From an uncultured bacterium (GTDB lineage: Bacteria > Zixibacteria > MSB-5A5 > CAIYYT01), in assembly GCA_963726455.1 (NCBI GenBank), contig CAVSCK010000004.1, positions 512,001 through 576,000 of the forward strand: a stretch of 64,000 nucleotides of DNA, in the 5' to 3' direction. Below are positions 62,074 to 64,000 of the stretch, piece after piece. The first letter of the stretch is position 1. Each line of letters begins with the position of its first letter. Under the pieces are notes generated by a model, which saw only the letters and a program-made list of their open reading frames with translations, was not told the origin of the DNA and searched no databases. Position numbers and translations under genes: made by a program.

Positions 62074-62083
62074 GGGGAAATTG

Positions 62084-63202
62084 ATGGAGAACTTTCGACT
62101 GAATTCGCGCGTGGCGTCCCCTGACAGGGAATATCTGATTCAGACCTTCAATGATTTGACACAGCATAGAATCCGTTCGTCGATCTTCACCAACGGCGTA
62201 TTGCTGGACACAGTCGAGGAAGAATTCGGCGCCAATACTCCCGAGCCGGAGCTGTTGGAACTGGTCAAGACTACCCATCGCGAGCGCAAAGAAGAAGTCG
62301 AACATCTACTGCAGAAATTTCACGACGCTATGCAGTCGGAAGAAATCGACCAGATTAATTGCCTGGGCCTGGCGATGATGTACAAGCGGATGTTTCCGGA
62401 GGCGGAATCGCTCTTCCGGCGCTCGACGACATTGAATGCGGACGGTCATGATTCCTTCAGCCACCTCGGCGCGGTGATGATGGCGCAAGGCAAGCCGCAG
62501 GAGGCAGTGCAGCCGTTCGAACGCTGTGTCCAACTGCAGCCGCAGTTCGCCGACTATCACAATAGTCTTGGCGAAGCATTCCTGGCGATTGGATCGTGCA
62601 AGCGGGCGATGATCGAATTCGACGAGGCAATTAGTCTGAATCTGTATTACGGCGACGCCTATTTCAATCGGGCGCTGACTTATATTTTCAATGCCATTCG
62701 CCGCGAGGATTTCAAGCTTTTTTCCGAGCATGCGGCCAAGACGATGGAAATGCTGGAACGCGCGGTGATTATCGCACCCGAACTACAGGTGCCGACTTTC
62801 ATCGAAGGCAAAGAGCTTTTCGAACAAGGGGATCTCGAAGCGGCGTTTCACAAGCTGCTTTATGTTCGCGAGCAGCGCAAGGAAAGACGCTACCGCGAGT
62901 TTTCCGACGTCTATCTGCGATTCCTGCTGAATGCCGACAAGGTCGATGACCGCGTGTTGGCGCGCCGGATCAAGCAGTTGAAGGACGCCATCAGCAAGAA
63001 CCCGCATTTCCCCGATCTGCACTATGAGCTGGGAGTGGCCTACACCTTACTCGGACGCTACACGCACGCCAAGGCGATTCAGGAATATCAGGAGGCGCTT
63101 AAGATCAACCCGAACTTCGAGCGCGCCAAGAAGAGTCTGAAACTTGCGGAAAACGAGTTTCGGGGTTTCGACGTCCTGATTAAAGTGATTATGAAAGGAT
63201 AA
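62084..63202 (+). CDS. TPR protein
   Basis: Multiple TPRs (P-FADYHNSLG, NP-FPDLHYELG, ALKINPNF). Confidence 0.88.
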   Translation: MENFRLNSRVASPDREYLIQTFNDLTQHRIRSSIFTNGVLLDTVEEEFGANTPEPELLELVKTTHRERKEEVEHLLQKFHDAMQSEEIDQINCLGLAMMYKRMFPEAESLFRRSTTLNADGHDSFSHLGAVMMAQGKPQEAVQPFERCVQLQPQFADYHNSLGEAFLAIGSCKRAMIEFDEAISLNLYYGDAYFNRALTYIFNAIRREDFKLFSEHAAKTMEMLERAVIIAPELQVPTFIEGKELFEQGDLEAAFHKLLYVREQRKERRYREFSDVYLRFLLNADKVDDRVLARRIKQLKDAISKNPHFPDLHYELGVAYTLLGRYTHAKAIQEYQEALKINPNFERAKKSLKLAENEFRGFDVLIKVIMKG

Positions 63203-63206
63203 GATA

Positions 63207-63911
63207 GTGGCCAAAGAGACACGGAAACCCATCTTTGATTATTACCATCCGGAGTCGGTGGTGGCCACGGAGTTTCGGCGGCTGTTGCATAATATCACCC
63301 GGCCGACGAACGGTGTCGAACACAAGTCGTTTCTGATAACTTCCGCCATGTTGTCCGAAGGCAAATCGACGGTGGCGGGCTACCTGGCAATCACCGCAGC
63401 AGCATACAAGAAACGCAAGACGATCCTGATCGATTGCGACCTCAGGCGTCCGACGATTCACAAGCTGTTCAATCTTCCGGTGGAAAACGGCGTAACCGAT
63501 CTCATCGACGGAACCATCAAGGTCGAGGACGCATTCAAGAGCACGCCGCTCAAACACCTTTGGGTTGTTACTGCGGGAAGGATGAAGGATAATCCCACCG
63601 AGTTGTTTGAAGGGGAATCGGTCAAACAGGTTATCGAGCAAATCAAGTTTTACTTCGATATGGTTTTCGTTGACTGCGCACCGGTGATACCGGTTTCCGA
63701 TCCGGTAGTTTTGGCGCCGGACCTGGATGGACTGCTGTTGGTGGTCAAAGCAGGCGCCACGCAGAAAGATGTGGTCAGGCGCGCGTGCGACATCATCTCC
63801 AAGTCAGATGCGAACATCCTGGGCGTGGTGCTGAACAACGTCGAAGGCGTGCTGCCATATCACTACAACCACCGTTACTACGGCTATCAGTACTCTGTCA
63901 AAAAGCGATAG
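63207..63911 (+). CDS. CpsD/CapB bacterial tyrosine kinase
   Basis: ITS-x-x-xEGKST, IDCDLRRP, DCAP, GVVLN and a C-terminal Tyr cluster. Confidence 0.93.
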   Translation: MAKETRKPIFDYYHPESVVATEFRRLLHNITRPTNGVEHKSFLITSAMLSEGKSTVAGYLAITAAAYKKRKTILIDCDLRRPTIHKLFNLPVENGVTDLIDGTIKVEDAFKSTPLKHLWVVTAGRMKDNPTELFEGESVKQVIEQIKFYFDMVFVDCAPVIPVSDPVVLAPDLDGLLLVVKAGATQKDVVRRACDIISKSDANILGVVLNNVEGVLPYHYNHRYYGYQYSVKKR

Positions 63912-63917
63912 GTCGCG

Positions 63918-64000
63918 ATGAAGAACATCCTGACATTCGATGTGGAAGAACACTTCCAGGTGGAAGCCTTTTACAGTGTAATTCCGCGTTCGAGCTGGGA
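63918..64000 (+). CDS. Polysaccharide deacetylase family protein, 3' end outside the window
   Basis: MKNILTFDVEEHFQVEAF matches the (T/S)-x-DVE-x-x-FQV N-terminal motif of EPS-locus deacetylases. Confidence 0.75.
   Translation, partial: MKNILTFDVEEHFQVEAFYSVIPRSSW

Overview
Bacterial genomic window of moderately high GC. The dockerin-tailed secreted protease and the PorV-family/FlgD-type secretion substrates suggest an FCB-affiliated lineage such as candidate phylum Zixibacteria (inference only). In order it holds: a sigma54 activator with two type IV pilins; housekeeping and unknown genes, including frameshifted HDOD and HAL/PAL-family genes; a solitary tRNA-Ile; an M43 protease; a 16S-less tRNA-Ala-23S-5S unit with its own promoter; a ~24 kb accessory region (19.4-44 kb) of short genes interspersed with at least six palindromic repeat families; a secretion-substrate/PorV/partner-switching/ParA/STAS cluster; a diguanylate cyclase; and the start of a Wzy-type polysaccharide locus. 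The strongest candidate for an undescribed system is a ~354-bp cassette present twice. It consists only of a 95-aa GIY-YIG nuclease gene between perfect, self-hairpinning 30-31-bp terminal inverted repeats, and the same repeat occurs as solo copies, as a tandem array, and inside the 23S-5S spacer. Also notable: a single-gene island bounded by a duplicated 5S 3' end plus terminator, and a kinase/phosphatase and STAS pair that both carry transposase-like HTH tails. Clustered frameshifts (8.4-11.5 kb, ~21.0 kb, ~24.2 kb) may be sequencing errors. All family assignments come from motif recognition by eye; no searches were run.
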